DNA of 64,000 nucleotides from Hyphomicrobiales bacterium (GTDB taxonomy: Bacteria > Pseudomonadota > Alphaproteobacteria > Rhizobiales > Rhizobiaceae). Numbering within the stretch: the first letter of the stretch is position 1; each line of letters opens with the position of its first letter. The notes under the pieces were generated by a model. That model saw only the letters and a program-made list of their open reading frames with translations, did not search any database and was not told where the DNA came from. The stretch is from the NCBI GenBank assembly GCA_012842935.1, contig DUSC01000145.1:225-64224 (forward strand). The letters run 5' to 3'. The position numbers were made by a program, and so were the translations under genes. This document shows, one piece after another, positions 18,486 through 26,719 of this stretch.

Positions 18486-19589
18486 TCACGCGGCGATCGG
18501 TCGGCCGCCGAGCGGCTCGAATGTCAGTTCCGGGTAGCCGAATGCGCGCGGCCCGACGATTTCGAGAGCCTTGGGCGTCTTCAGCAGATCGTGTGCGGGA
18601 AGCCCGACGACGGCGACCCGCTGGCCGTATCGCAGGACCTCGGTGGTGATCGGCTCGCCCGTGTCGAGCTCGAGATTGACGATAAGGTCCGGGACCATGA
18701 TCACCGGAACGCCGTCGACCCACAGCACGAGGTTCTCGTTCTGGATGGCGATGCGCGCCTCGGACCCGGTGCATCCGTCGATACCCTTCAGCACGGCGTG
18801 GCCGCGGGCGAAGCCGCCGGAAAGCTCGCGGCGCACATCGGTCACCTTGCCGCTGAAGAACAGCTTTCCGGCGGATTCCTCTACGACGCGCTGCACCACG
18901 TTCTGCCGCCGGGCGCGGGCGTCGAGCACCGAGCGTCCGATGCGGAGCGCCTGGGTCACTGTGCCCGGAACGGCGGTGCGGCGGACGAAGTCGGCGCGCA
19001 TCGGCGCGATCGCCAGGCCGGCCGCGGCGCCCATGTCGACCGAGACGGTACGGGCGAAACGCTCCAGCCAGAACATGTCGATGACCTCCTTGAAGACCAC
19101 GACGTTGCCCTTGTCGTCTGCGATCGCCGCCGGCGCGGCCTTCGCTCCGTAAATGAAGAAAGTCGTCATCTGCACTTCCGGAAAGGCGCGGCCCATGCCG
19201 TCGCCGTCGACTACCGGAAGGCCGGCGAGTGCGGCCGCAATGATCGGCTCCAGCGAGTTCGAGCCGCCGATCTCGGCCGAGATCATCGCCGAGACCTTCA
19301 CGCCGGCGGCCTCCTCGACCGCGCGCATGGCGCGGTAGCATTCGCCGCCCTCCTCGATCTTCTCGATGCCGACGACCGGTGCGCCGATGCCGCCCACCTC
19401 GCACACCCAGGAGTCGTCGGGCAGCGCGTCGGCCGGGATGACGCGCACCTCGGCACCCTTCCTGACCAGTTCGCGCATGCGCAGCATGCCGACATAGGGG
19501 TTGCCGCCGCCGCCGGTGCCGAGCAGCGCCGCGCCGATCGACAGCGGCAGGAGGTCGGCCTCCCGAAGCACATAACCGCTATCCGACAT
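18486..19589 (-). CDS. DUF917 family protein (paralog)
   Basis: LLGTGGGGNP, EIGGSNS, VDGDGMGRAFPE, QNE, PDLI, LRYGQ, VGPRAFG. Confidence 0.9.
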   Translation of the reverse strand: MSDSGYVLREADLLPLSIGAALLGTGGGGNPYVGMLRMRELVRKGAEVRVIPADALPDDSWVCEVGGIGAPVVGIEKIEEGGECYRAMRAVEEAAGVKVSAMISAEIGGSNSLEPIIAAALAGLPVVDGDGMGRAFPEVQMTTFFIYGAKAAPAAIADDKGNVVVFKEVIDMFWLERFARTVSVDMGAAAGLAIAPMRADFVRRTAVPGTVTQALRIGRSVLDARARRQNVVQRVVEESAGKLFFSGKVTDVRRELSGGFARGHAVLKGIDGCTGSEARIAIQNENLVLWVDGVPVIMVPDLIVNLELDTGEPITTEVLRYGQRVAVVGLPAHDLLKTPKALEIVGPRAFGYPELTFEPLGGRPIAA

Positions 19590-21126
19590 GCAGCTCTCCC
19601 ACGGCCTTGATGCGCACGCGCGTGGCGTTGCCCGGCAGGTAGGCGAGCGGCACGTCCTCGACGTCGACGATCTCGACGCTCTCGCGCAGCGCGCCGGCGG
19701 CGACCGCCGCCTCCACGGCGCGCTGCTTGGCGTCGTCGAGCGCCTTGTCGCGTCCCATCTCGGCCAGCGTGTAGACGCGGTCGACCTCGCCGGACACCTG
19801 GGCGATCGCCGCGCCGACGGCGTTGGCGACCGCGAAATGGTTCGGCTTGATCACCTCCAGACCGCCGATCGGCCCGTTGACCAGGATCGAGCCGCCGCCG
19901 ACCACGATCACCGGCAGCGGCTCCGGCGACAGGCGCGAGCGCTCCACGCAGTCCTCGAGCATCTCCATGATTCGCGTCTCGGTGCGCGCCACGAGATCGG
20001 CCGGCAGGTGGGCGACGCGTGTCGCGTCGCCGAGCTTCACCCGGCCGGCCGCAACGGCGACGTCTGTCGTGGTCAGTGTCTGACCGCCGAACACCAGTGC
20101 CTCCGTGACGATTCGGTAGCCGACCGAGGTCGGCCCGACCTTGACGCCCTTCTCGGTCTCGACGACGTGCGAACCGCCGCCGAGCCCGATCGAGAAGACG
20201 TCGGGCATGCGGAAATTGGTGCGCACGCCGCCGACCTCGACGGCGACGGTCGCCTGGCGCGGGAAGCCCTTGTGCAGCGAGCCGACGTCCGATGTGGTGC
20301 CGCCGATGTCGACCACGATGGCGTCGCCGACGCCGGACAGGAAGGCGGCGCCGCGCATCGAGTTGGTCGGACCGGAGGCGAAGGTGAGCACCGGGAACTT
20401 CTCGGCGAAGGCCGCGTCCATCAGCGTGCCGTCGTTCTGCGTCAGGTAGAAGCGGCCCTTGACGCCGGCCTCGGCGATCGCCGTGCGGAACGCCTCGATG
20501 ACATGGGCCGACAGGTCGCGCAGGCAGGCATTCATGATCGCCGCGTTCTCGCGCTCGAGCAGGCCGATGCGGCCGATCTCGGAGGACAGCGTGATGTGCG
20601 CGCCGGGCAGCGCCCTCTCGAAGATCTCGCCGGCCTTCTTCTCGCATTCGTTGGACACCGGCGAGAACACCGACGAGATGGCGACCGTGTTGATGCCCTT
20701 CTGCCGTATGTCGTCGGCGATGCCGAGGAGCTCCGTCTCGTCGAGCGGCGAGATGATGCGACCGTCGAACTCGTTGCCGCCATGCGCCAGATAGACATGG
20801 TTGCCGATGGCGGCCCTGAGGTCCTCCGGCCAGTCCACCATCGGCGGCAGTGAAGCGGTCGCCGGCAGGCCGAGGCGGACGGCCGCGGTGGGCGCCAAGT
20901 CGCGGCGCTGCACGACGGCGTTGGTGAAGTGGGGGGTGCCGACCATGACCACGTCGACCGCCGACGCGGCGATGCCCGATTCGGCGAGCACCGCCTTCAG
21001 CGCGTTCACGACTCCGGACATGACGTCCGCCGTGGTCGCCGATTTCACGCCCGCGACGACGCGCGGGCCGTCCATGATGACCGCGTCCGTATTGGTGCCG
21101 CCGACATCGATGCCGATTCTGATCAT
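19579..21126 (-). CDS. Hydantoinase A / 5-oxoprolinase N-terminal family protein (ASKHA ATPase)
   Basis: Start reassigned to ATG 21126. IGIDVGGTNTD, LERENAA, TQNDGT, SGPTNS, DIGGTTSD, IGLGGGS, ANAVGAA. Confidence 0.93.
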   Translation of the reverse strand: MIRIGIDVGGTNTDAVIMDGPRVVAGVKSATTADVMSGVVNALKAVLAESGIAASAVDVVMVGTPHFTNAVVQRRDLAPTAAVRLGLPATASLPPMVDWPEDLRAAIGNHVYLAHGGNEFDGRIISPLDETELLGIADDIRQKGINTVAISSVFSPVSNECEKKAGEIFERALPGAHITLSSEIGRIGLLERENAAIMNACLRDLSAHVIEAFRTAIAEAGVKGRFYLTQNDGTLMDAAFAEKFPVLTFASGPTNSMRGAAFLSGVGDAIVVDIGGTTSDVGSLHKGFPRQATVAVEVGGVRTNFRMPDVFSIGLGGGSHVVETEKGVKVGPTSVGYRIVTEALVFGGQTLTTTDVAVAAGRVKLGDATRVAHLPADLVARTETRIMEMLEDCVERSRLSPEPLPVIVVGGGSILVNGPIGGLEVIKPNHFAVANAVGAAIAQVSGEVDRVYTLAEMGRDKALDDAKQRAVEAAVAAGALRESVEIVDVEDVPLAYLPGNATRVRIKAVGELHVG

Positions 21127-22022
21127 GATCCGTGAACCTCTGTGGTCGTTTCCGTTCCGGCCGCCCCCTGACGCAGGGCGAGCAGTTTTTCCGCCGTCGG
21201 GATCTCGCCGTCGATCAGCGGGATGGCAGGCCGCAAGCGTTCCTCCTCCTCCGAGATGACCGGGACGGAGGCGAGCAGCAGGCGGGTGTAGTCGTGCTGG
21301 GGATTCTCGAAGACCCTGGCCGTGTCGCCCGCCTCGACGATGCGGCCGCGGTAGAGCACCCCGACCTCCTGGGCGAAGTTGCGCATCAGGCTGAGGTCGT
21401 GAGAGATGAACAGGAAGGTAAGATCCAGCCGGCGGCCGAGGTCGACGAGCAAATCGATGACCTTCGCCTGGACAGAGACGTCGAGCGCCGAGGTCGGCTC
21501 GTCGAGGACCAGCAGCTTCGGCGCCACGGCGAGCGCGCGGGCAATGGCGACGCGCTGCTTCTGTCCGCCCGACAATTCGTGCGGAAAACGCTGCGAGAAG
21601 TCGGCGGGAAGCTGCACCATCTCGAGCAACTCGCCGATGCGCCGCTGCCGGTCGTCGCGCGGATGGCCGTGGGCGGCAAGCGGCACGGAGAGCGACTGGC
21701 CGACGGTGCGCCGCGGATTGAGCGACGAGCCGGGGTTCTGGAACACCATCTGCGCCTTGACGCCGCTTCTGCCGCCTCGCCCGACGACGCTCTCGCCGTC
21801 GATGATGATGTCGCCGGCGGTCGGCGGGGTCAGTCCCATGATCATGCGCGCGATCGTCGACTTGCCCGATCCGCTCTCGCCGGCCAGCCCGTAGACGCAT
21901 CCGCGCTCGATCCTGAGGGAGACGCGGTCGACGGCCTTGACCTCGCCGACCGTGCGGCCGAAGGCATTGCGTACCGGAAAACTCTTCGACAGGTCGGCTA
22001 TCTCCAGCATCGGCCGCGTCAT
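21123..22022 (-). CDS. Peptide-type ABC ATPase (DppF/OppF-like)
   Basis: [35 protein letters not shown]; ATG 22022. Confidence 0.95.
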   Translation of the reverse strand: MTRPMLEIADLSKSFPVRNAFGRTVGEVKAVDRVSLRIERGCVYGLAGESGSGKSTIARMIMGLTPPTAGDIIIDGESVVGRGGRSGVKAQMVFQNPGSSLNPRRTVGQSLSVPLAAHGHPRDDRQRRIGELLEMVQLPADFSQRFPHELSGGQKQRVAIARALAVAPKLLVLDEPTSALDVSVQAKVIDLLVDLGRRLDLTFLFISHDLSLMRNFAQEVGVLYRGRIVEAGDTARVFENPQHDYTRLLLASVPVISEEEERLRPAIPLIDGEIPTAEKLLALRQGAAGTETTTEVHGS

Positions 22023-22867
22023 GGGCGCACCTCGTTCTGCCGCCCGAAGCGCGTGCCGCCGGTGAGCCGCGGCACCGCCGCGATCAAGGCGCGCGTGTAG
22101 TCCTCCCGAGGCGCGGCAAACAGGCCGGCCGTTGGGCCGTGTTCGACGATGTTGCCCTTGTTCATCACGTAGACGTAGCCGCAGGTCTCGCGCACGACGC
22201 CGAGATTGTGCGTGATCATCAGCAGCGCGAGGCCGCGTTCGGTGACGAGGTCCTTGAGAAGCTTGAGGATCTGCGCCTGCGTGGTGACGTCCAGTGCGGT
22301 GCCCGGCTCGTCGGCGATCAGCAGCTTCGGCTCGCTGAGCAGGGCCATGGCGATCAGCACGCGCTGGCGCATGCCGCCCGACAGCATGATCGGGTAGGAC
22401 GAGGCGACGCGCTCGGGTTCGCGCATGTGCACCTGCGCCAGCACCTCGTGGACGCGCGCCAGGCGTTCGCGGCGGCTGCGGCTGCGGCCGAGCCGGCGGT
22501 CGGCGTATTTCAGGATGGTGCCCATCTGGTCGCCAACGGTGAACACCGGGTTGAGCGAGCTCATCGGGTCCTGGAAGATCATCGACATCGCCGTGCCGCG
22601 CAGCTTGAGGCGCTCGCGATCGGGCATGGTGAGGAGGTCGCGCCCGTCGTAGAAGATGCGCCCCGCGGTGATCGTCGCCGGCGGCTGGCGCAAGAGCCCC
22701 ATGATTGCCTTCATCGTCACCGACTTGCCCGAGCCGCTCTCGCCGACCAGCGCCACCTGGCTGTGGGCGGGGATGTCGAGGCAGACCCCGTGCAGCACGG
22801 CGTTGGTCTGGCCGTAGGTGGTGAACGTGACCGAGAGGTCGCGGACGGAAAGCAGCGCGGCACTCAT
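22019..22867 (-). CDS. Peptide-type ABC ATPase (DppD/OppD-like)
   Basis: [41 protein letters not shown]; ATG 22867. Confidence 0.95.
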   Translation of the reverse strand: MSAALLSVRDLSVTFTTYGQTNAVLHGVCLDIPAHSQVALVGESGSGKSVTMKAIMGLLRQPPATITAGRIFYDGRDLLTMPDRERLKLRGTAMSMIFQDPMSSLNPVFTVGDQMGTILKYADRRLGRSRSRRERLARVHEVLAQVHMREPERVASSYPIMLSGGMRQRVLIAMALLSEPKLLIADEPGTALDVTTQAQILKLLKDLVTERGLALLMITHNLGVVRETCGYVYVMNKGNIVEHGPTAGLFAAPREDYTRALIAAVPRLTGGTRFGRQNEVRP

Positions 22868-23745
22868 CGCACATCCTCCACGTCGAAGAGGTCGCGCAGC
22901 CCGTCGCCGAGCAGGTTGAAGCCGAGCGCCAGGAACAGAATGGCGCAGCCGGGCAGCACCGATTCCCACCAGTAGTCTGGCAGGAACGAGGCGCCCGAGG
23001 CGACCAGGGTTCCGAGGTCGGGCGTCGGCGGCTGGATGCCGAGGCCGAGGAACGAGAGCGAGGCTCCCACCAGGATGACGAAGCCGCAGTCGAGCGAGGT
23101 CTTCACCGCCAGGGCCGAGACGCAGTTGGGCAGGATCTCGCGGAAAAGGATGTGGAACCTGCCGGCGCCGAGCGTCTCGGCCGCCTCGACGAATTCCTGC
23201 GTCCGGATCTGCCGGGTGATCGAGTAGATCAGGCGGGTATGCCAAGTCCACCAGAGTGCGGCGATCGCCATCATCGAATTGATCAGGTCGGGCGAGAGGA
23301 CCGCGGCGACGGCCAGCGCCATCACCAGCGGCGGGATGGCGAGCGCGATGTCGGTGACGCGCATGATGACAATCTCGACCCAGCCGCCATAGTAGCCGGC
23401 GAGCAGGCCGAGCACCGTGCCGAACGGGATCGCCGTGCCGAGGACGACGACGGCAAGCAAGAGCGACACGCGCAGGCCGAAGACGACTCGGGTGAAGATG
23501 TCGCGCCCGACATTGTCGGTGCCGAACCAGTACTCGGCCGATGGCGGCAGGTGACGGGCGCGGAAGTTGACCACCGCGCCGACATGTTCCGGATAGGGGG
23601 TTATCAGCGGCGCAAGGATGGCCGCGAGGATACAGACGATGACGATGGTCAGGCCGATCATCGCGGTCGGATTGCGCGAGAAGCGGTACCAGTTCTGGTA
23701 CGCATTGGAGAGGCGGCGGACGCCGGCGACGGCTTCGTCGGACAT
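22864..23745 (-). CDS. Peptide-type ABC permease (DppC-like)
   Basis: FGTDNVGRDIFTR, EFVEAAETLGA (EAA loop), ILPN, LSFLGLG; ATG 23745. Confidence 0.95.
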   Translation of the reverse strand: MSDEAVAGVRRLSNAYQNWYRFSRNPTAMIGLTIVIVCILAAILAPLITPYPEHVGAVVNFRARHLPPSAEYWFGTDNVGRDIFTRVVFGLRVSLLLAVVVLGTAIPFGTVLGLLAGYYGGWVEIVIMRVTDIALAIPPLVMALAVAAVLSPDLINSMMAIAALWWTWHTRLIYSITRQIRTQEFVEAAETLGAGRFHILFREILPNCVSALAVKTSLDCGFVILVGASLSFLGLGIQPPTPDLGTLVASGASFLPDYWWESVLPGCAILFLALGFNLLGDGLRDLFDVEDVR

Positions 23746-24767
23746 CAGCGCCTCCCCCGGATGCGTACGCGCGGATCGACGAAGCCGACGAGCACGTCGA
23801 TGACGAGATTGACCATGACGAAGAAGACGCCGGACACCATGACGACGCCCATCACGGCGTTCAGATCCTTCTGTAGGATGGTGCGGATGCCGTAGGCGGC
23901 CATGCCCGGCCACGAAAAGACGAGCTCGACGACGAAGGCGTTGCCGATCAGCGACGCGAATTCGAGGCCGAGGATGGTGAGCGGCGGCACGAAGCTCGGC
24001 CGCAGCATGTACTTGAAGACGCGCACCGGTTCGGGGACGCCGAAGGCGCGCGAGGCCTCGATGTAGTCCTGGCTGGATACGTCGATCATCGAAGCGCGCG
24101 TGATGCGGGCGATCTGCCCCATCGTCGCCGCGGCGAGCGCGGTCGCCGGCAGCAGGATGTGGCGCAGCCCCTCGGCGAAGGCGTCGAAGCGGCCCTGGAG
24201 TAAGCTGTCGATCAGCACGAGCCCGGTCAGATCGGGCGAGAACACCATGGTCGGCGGCAGGCGCCCGGTGGTCGGCAGGACATGGAGCACGTAGCCGGCG
24301 AGAATCTGCAGCAGCAGCGCCAGGAAGAAGCTGGGCGTGACGGCGGAAAAGATGGCGACGAGCCGCACGACGTTGTCGGGCCACCTGTCCTTCCACCGCG
24401 CCGCGGCGACGCCGAGCGGCACACCGAGCACGAAGGCGATCGTGATCGTGACGAGCACGAGTTCGAAGGTCGCCGCGAAAGTGCTGCGGATGTCGTCGTT
24501 GACGGGCCGTTCGGTAAGCAGCGACTTGCCAAGGTCGCCGCGGGCGAGGCCGGAGACGTAGAGTCCGTACTGCTCGATCAGCGGCCGGTCGAGCCCGAGT
24601 TTCTCGCGCAGGTCGTCGACCTGTTCCTGGCTGGCGCGGGGGCCCAGCGCCATGCGCGCCGGGTCGCCGGGCATGCCGCGGGCGATGACGAAGATGACCA
24701 CCGAGAGGCCCGCGAGGACCAGCAGCGACCACAGCACGCGGCGTATGAGGAAGAGCGCGAATTCCAC
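23745..24767 (-). CDS. Peptide-type ABC permease (DppB-like)
   Basis: MPGDPA, GDLGKS, ATFEL, DYIEASRAFG, VELVFSWPG, VDPR; probable GTG start at 24767. Confidence 0.94.
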   Translation of the reverse strand: MEFALFLIRRVLWSLLVLAGLSVVIFVIARGMPGDPARMALGPRASQEQVDDLREKLGLDRPLIEQYGLYVSGLARGDLGKSLLTERPVNDDIRSTFAATFELVLVTITIAFVLGVPLGVAAARWKDRWPDNVVRLVAIFSAVTPSFFLALLLQILAGYVLHVLPTTGRLPPTMVFSPDLTGLVLIDSLLQGRFDAFAEGLRHILLPATALAAATMGQIARITRASMIDVSSQDYIEASRAFGVPEPVRVFKYMLRPSFVPPLTILGLEFASLIGNAFVVELVFSWPGMAAYGIRTILQKDLNAVMGVVMVSGVFFVMVNLVIDVLVGFVDPRVRIRGRR

Positions 24768-24852
24768 CGTCGTGTCCCGACTGCACGGTTGCAGGAGAGA
24801 AGATTGGCCGAGCGAAGGCCCCGACACCGGAAGCGTCAGGGTCCGTTGCGGC

Positions 24853-24883
24853 CGCCGGCGCGGGTTGCTTTCCCGCGCCGGCG
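24853..24883. terminator. Stem-loop between SBP and permease genes
   Basis: CGCCGGCGCGGG-N7-CCCGCGCCGGCG, perfect 12-bp stem. Confidence 0.6.
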
Positions 24884-24897
24884 CTTGGGAGAAGCAG

Positions 24898-26463
24898 TTA
24901 CTTGCAGGTCCAGCTGTACCGGGAGAAGTCGTAGTCGAAGGACTGCATCGGCACGGCCGCGAAGCCGGTCAGGCACTTGTCCATGGCGTGTTGGACGGTC
25001 TGGGTGAGCAGGAAGACGTCGGTCTGCATGTCGACCAGCCGATGCTGCAGCTTGCGGTAGATCTCGGCCTGCTTGGCGACGTCGCCGGTGCCGCGGGCCT
25101 CGTCGATCATGGCGTCGATCTCCGGGTCCTGCACCCACTCCATCGACGCCCAGGTGCCGGCCGCCTTCGAATGGTACTGGGTGAAGAACATCGAGTCCGG
25201 CGACGGATAGGTCGGTCCGAAAAAGATCTGGCTCGCCGCCGGCGTCGTCTCGACCTTGGTCGCGATTTCGGTGATGCGGTTCCACGGATCGGCCTGCTGG
25301 GTCACCTTGAAGCCGATCTGCTCGAGATTGGACTGCATCAAGAGGCTGATTTCCTCCTCGAACTTGGTGCCGGCTACGTAGCCCAGCGTGATCGGGATCT
25401 CCTGCCCGGCATATTTCGACTTCGCCACCTCGGCCTTCGCCGCCTCGAGGTCGAACGCCGGCTCGGGGATATCGTCGGCGTGGAAGTCGGCGAAGGCCTT
25501 CGGCAGCGGCGTCGACAGCACGCCCCCGGGGAAGATCACCTCGCGGATCGTCGCGTAGTCGGTCGCCAGCGCTATTGCGCGGCGGATGTGGACGTCGTCG
25601 GTCGGCGCGACTTTCGTGTTGAGCTTCAGGTAGAAGGCGGTCGAGGTATCTTCCTTGACCAGGTTGAAGCGGCCCATGTCGACCAGCGCCTTGTAGGTTT
25701 CCGGCGACTGGAACTGGCTGGTCATGGTGAGTTCGCCCGACGCGGCGAGCGAACGGACCGTCGATTCGTCGTTGGTGATGATCCAGCGCACCTCGTCGAT
25801 CGGACCCTCGCCGAAGCCCTTGTAGTAGTCGGGATTGCGCACGATCGTCATCTGCGCGCCGCGGTCCCAGCTCTTCAGCGTGTAGGCGCCGGCGCCGGCC
25901 ACGTTGGTCGCGAGCCAGGTCTGGCCGTCGTCCGATCCTTCGTTCGCCCTCACGACCTCTTCGTTCAGGATCATGATCGCCGGCACCGTCGTCAGGAACG
26001 GCGCGAACGTCTTCGACAGGGTAAATTTCACCGTTTTGGCATCGACGGCCGAAACCGCGCCGGGCGCGAGCACGTCGGCGAACAGGTTCGCGGGACCCTG
26101 GTTGATGCGCAACAGGCGTTCAACAGAGTAGACGACGTCGCTCGCCTCGACGGGCGAGCCGTCGGAGAACCTGGCGTCGTCGCGGATCTTGAACACAACC
26201 TCCTTGGCGTCGTCGGAAACCGTCCAGCTCTCGGCGAGTTCGGGAACGAGGTTGCCCTTGCCGTCGACTGTGACGAGCCCGTCGTAGAGGTTCACGGCGG
26301 CCATGTAGTCGGTGTAGTCGGAGATCTTGGCTGGATCGATGGTGCCGAAGATCTGCACGGTGTTCATCGTCACGACGTTCGCCGCCGAGGCCTGCGTCGC
26401 GCCAAATCCTGCCAGGGCCAGGGCCGCCAACGCGGTCGTGGCCCGAAAACGGTGCTGCTTCAT
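24898..26463 (-). CDS. Peptide/nickel-type ABC substrate-binding protein (SBP family 5)
   Basis: Sec signal; LYDGLV, PELAESW, FSDGSPVEASDV, GAGAY, RNPDYY; ATG 26463. Confidence 0.94.
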   Translation of the reverse strand: MKQHRFRATTALAALALAGFGATQASAANVVTMNTVQIFGTIDPAKISDYTDYMAAVNLYDGLVTVDGKGNLVPELAESWTVSDDAKEVVFKIRDDARFSDGSPVEASDVVYSVERLLRINQGPANLFADVLAPGAVSAVDAKTVKFTLSKTFAPFLTTVPAIMILNEEVVRANEGSDDGQTWLATNVAGAGAYTLKSWDRGAQMTIVRNPDYYKGFGEGPIDEVRWIITNDESTVRSLAASGELTMTSQFQSPETYKALVDMGRFNLVKEDTSTAFYLKLNTKVAPTDDVHIRRAIALATDYATIREVIFPGGVLSTPLPKAFADFHADDIPEPAFDLEAAKAEVAKSKYAGQEIPITLGYVAGTKFEEEISLLMQSNLEQIGFKVTQQADPWNRITEIATKVETTPAASQIFFGPTYPSPDSMFFTQYHSKAAGTWASMEWVQDPEIDAMIDEARGTGDVAKQAEIYRKLQHRLVDMQTDVFLLTQTVQHAMDKCLTGFAAVPMQSFDYDFSRYSWTCK

Positions 26464-26645
26464 GTCGTTCCCCTTCGCTCTGAACCTCGCGAGAAACGGT
26501 CCGGACAGGGATAACAAGATCCCCGCCCGGTATCCGCGTCGCGGCCGGCCAATTCGCTCGTTCTGACTGCTCGGCCGGCGGCGTTCCCATTCCCGCGACC
26601 ACGATGAGGATGACGCGTGCCGCCGGCAGGCGACAACACCCCATT

Positions 26646-26678
26646 GGTCTAGGTTTCAGACTAAAAGGTCTAGGTTTC
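26646..26678. promoter_or_regulatory. 12-bp direct repeat, candidate activator binding site
   Basis: GGTCTAGGTTTC at 26646-26657 and 26667-26678 (21-bp period), upstream of the SBP gene. Confidence 0.6.
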
Positions 26679-26719
26679 GTGTCGGTGCGGGCAGGTATCG
26701 GCCAGTGACGCGGGGTACG

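Noticed and set aside
19579-24786. Apparent long fusion ORFs (773, 583, 410 and 640 aa) in the ORF track
   Set aside because: Their N-terminal parts are off-frame reads of the upstream genes; real starts are coupled ATGs at 21126, 22022, 22867 and 23745.
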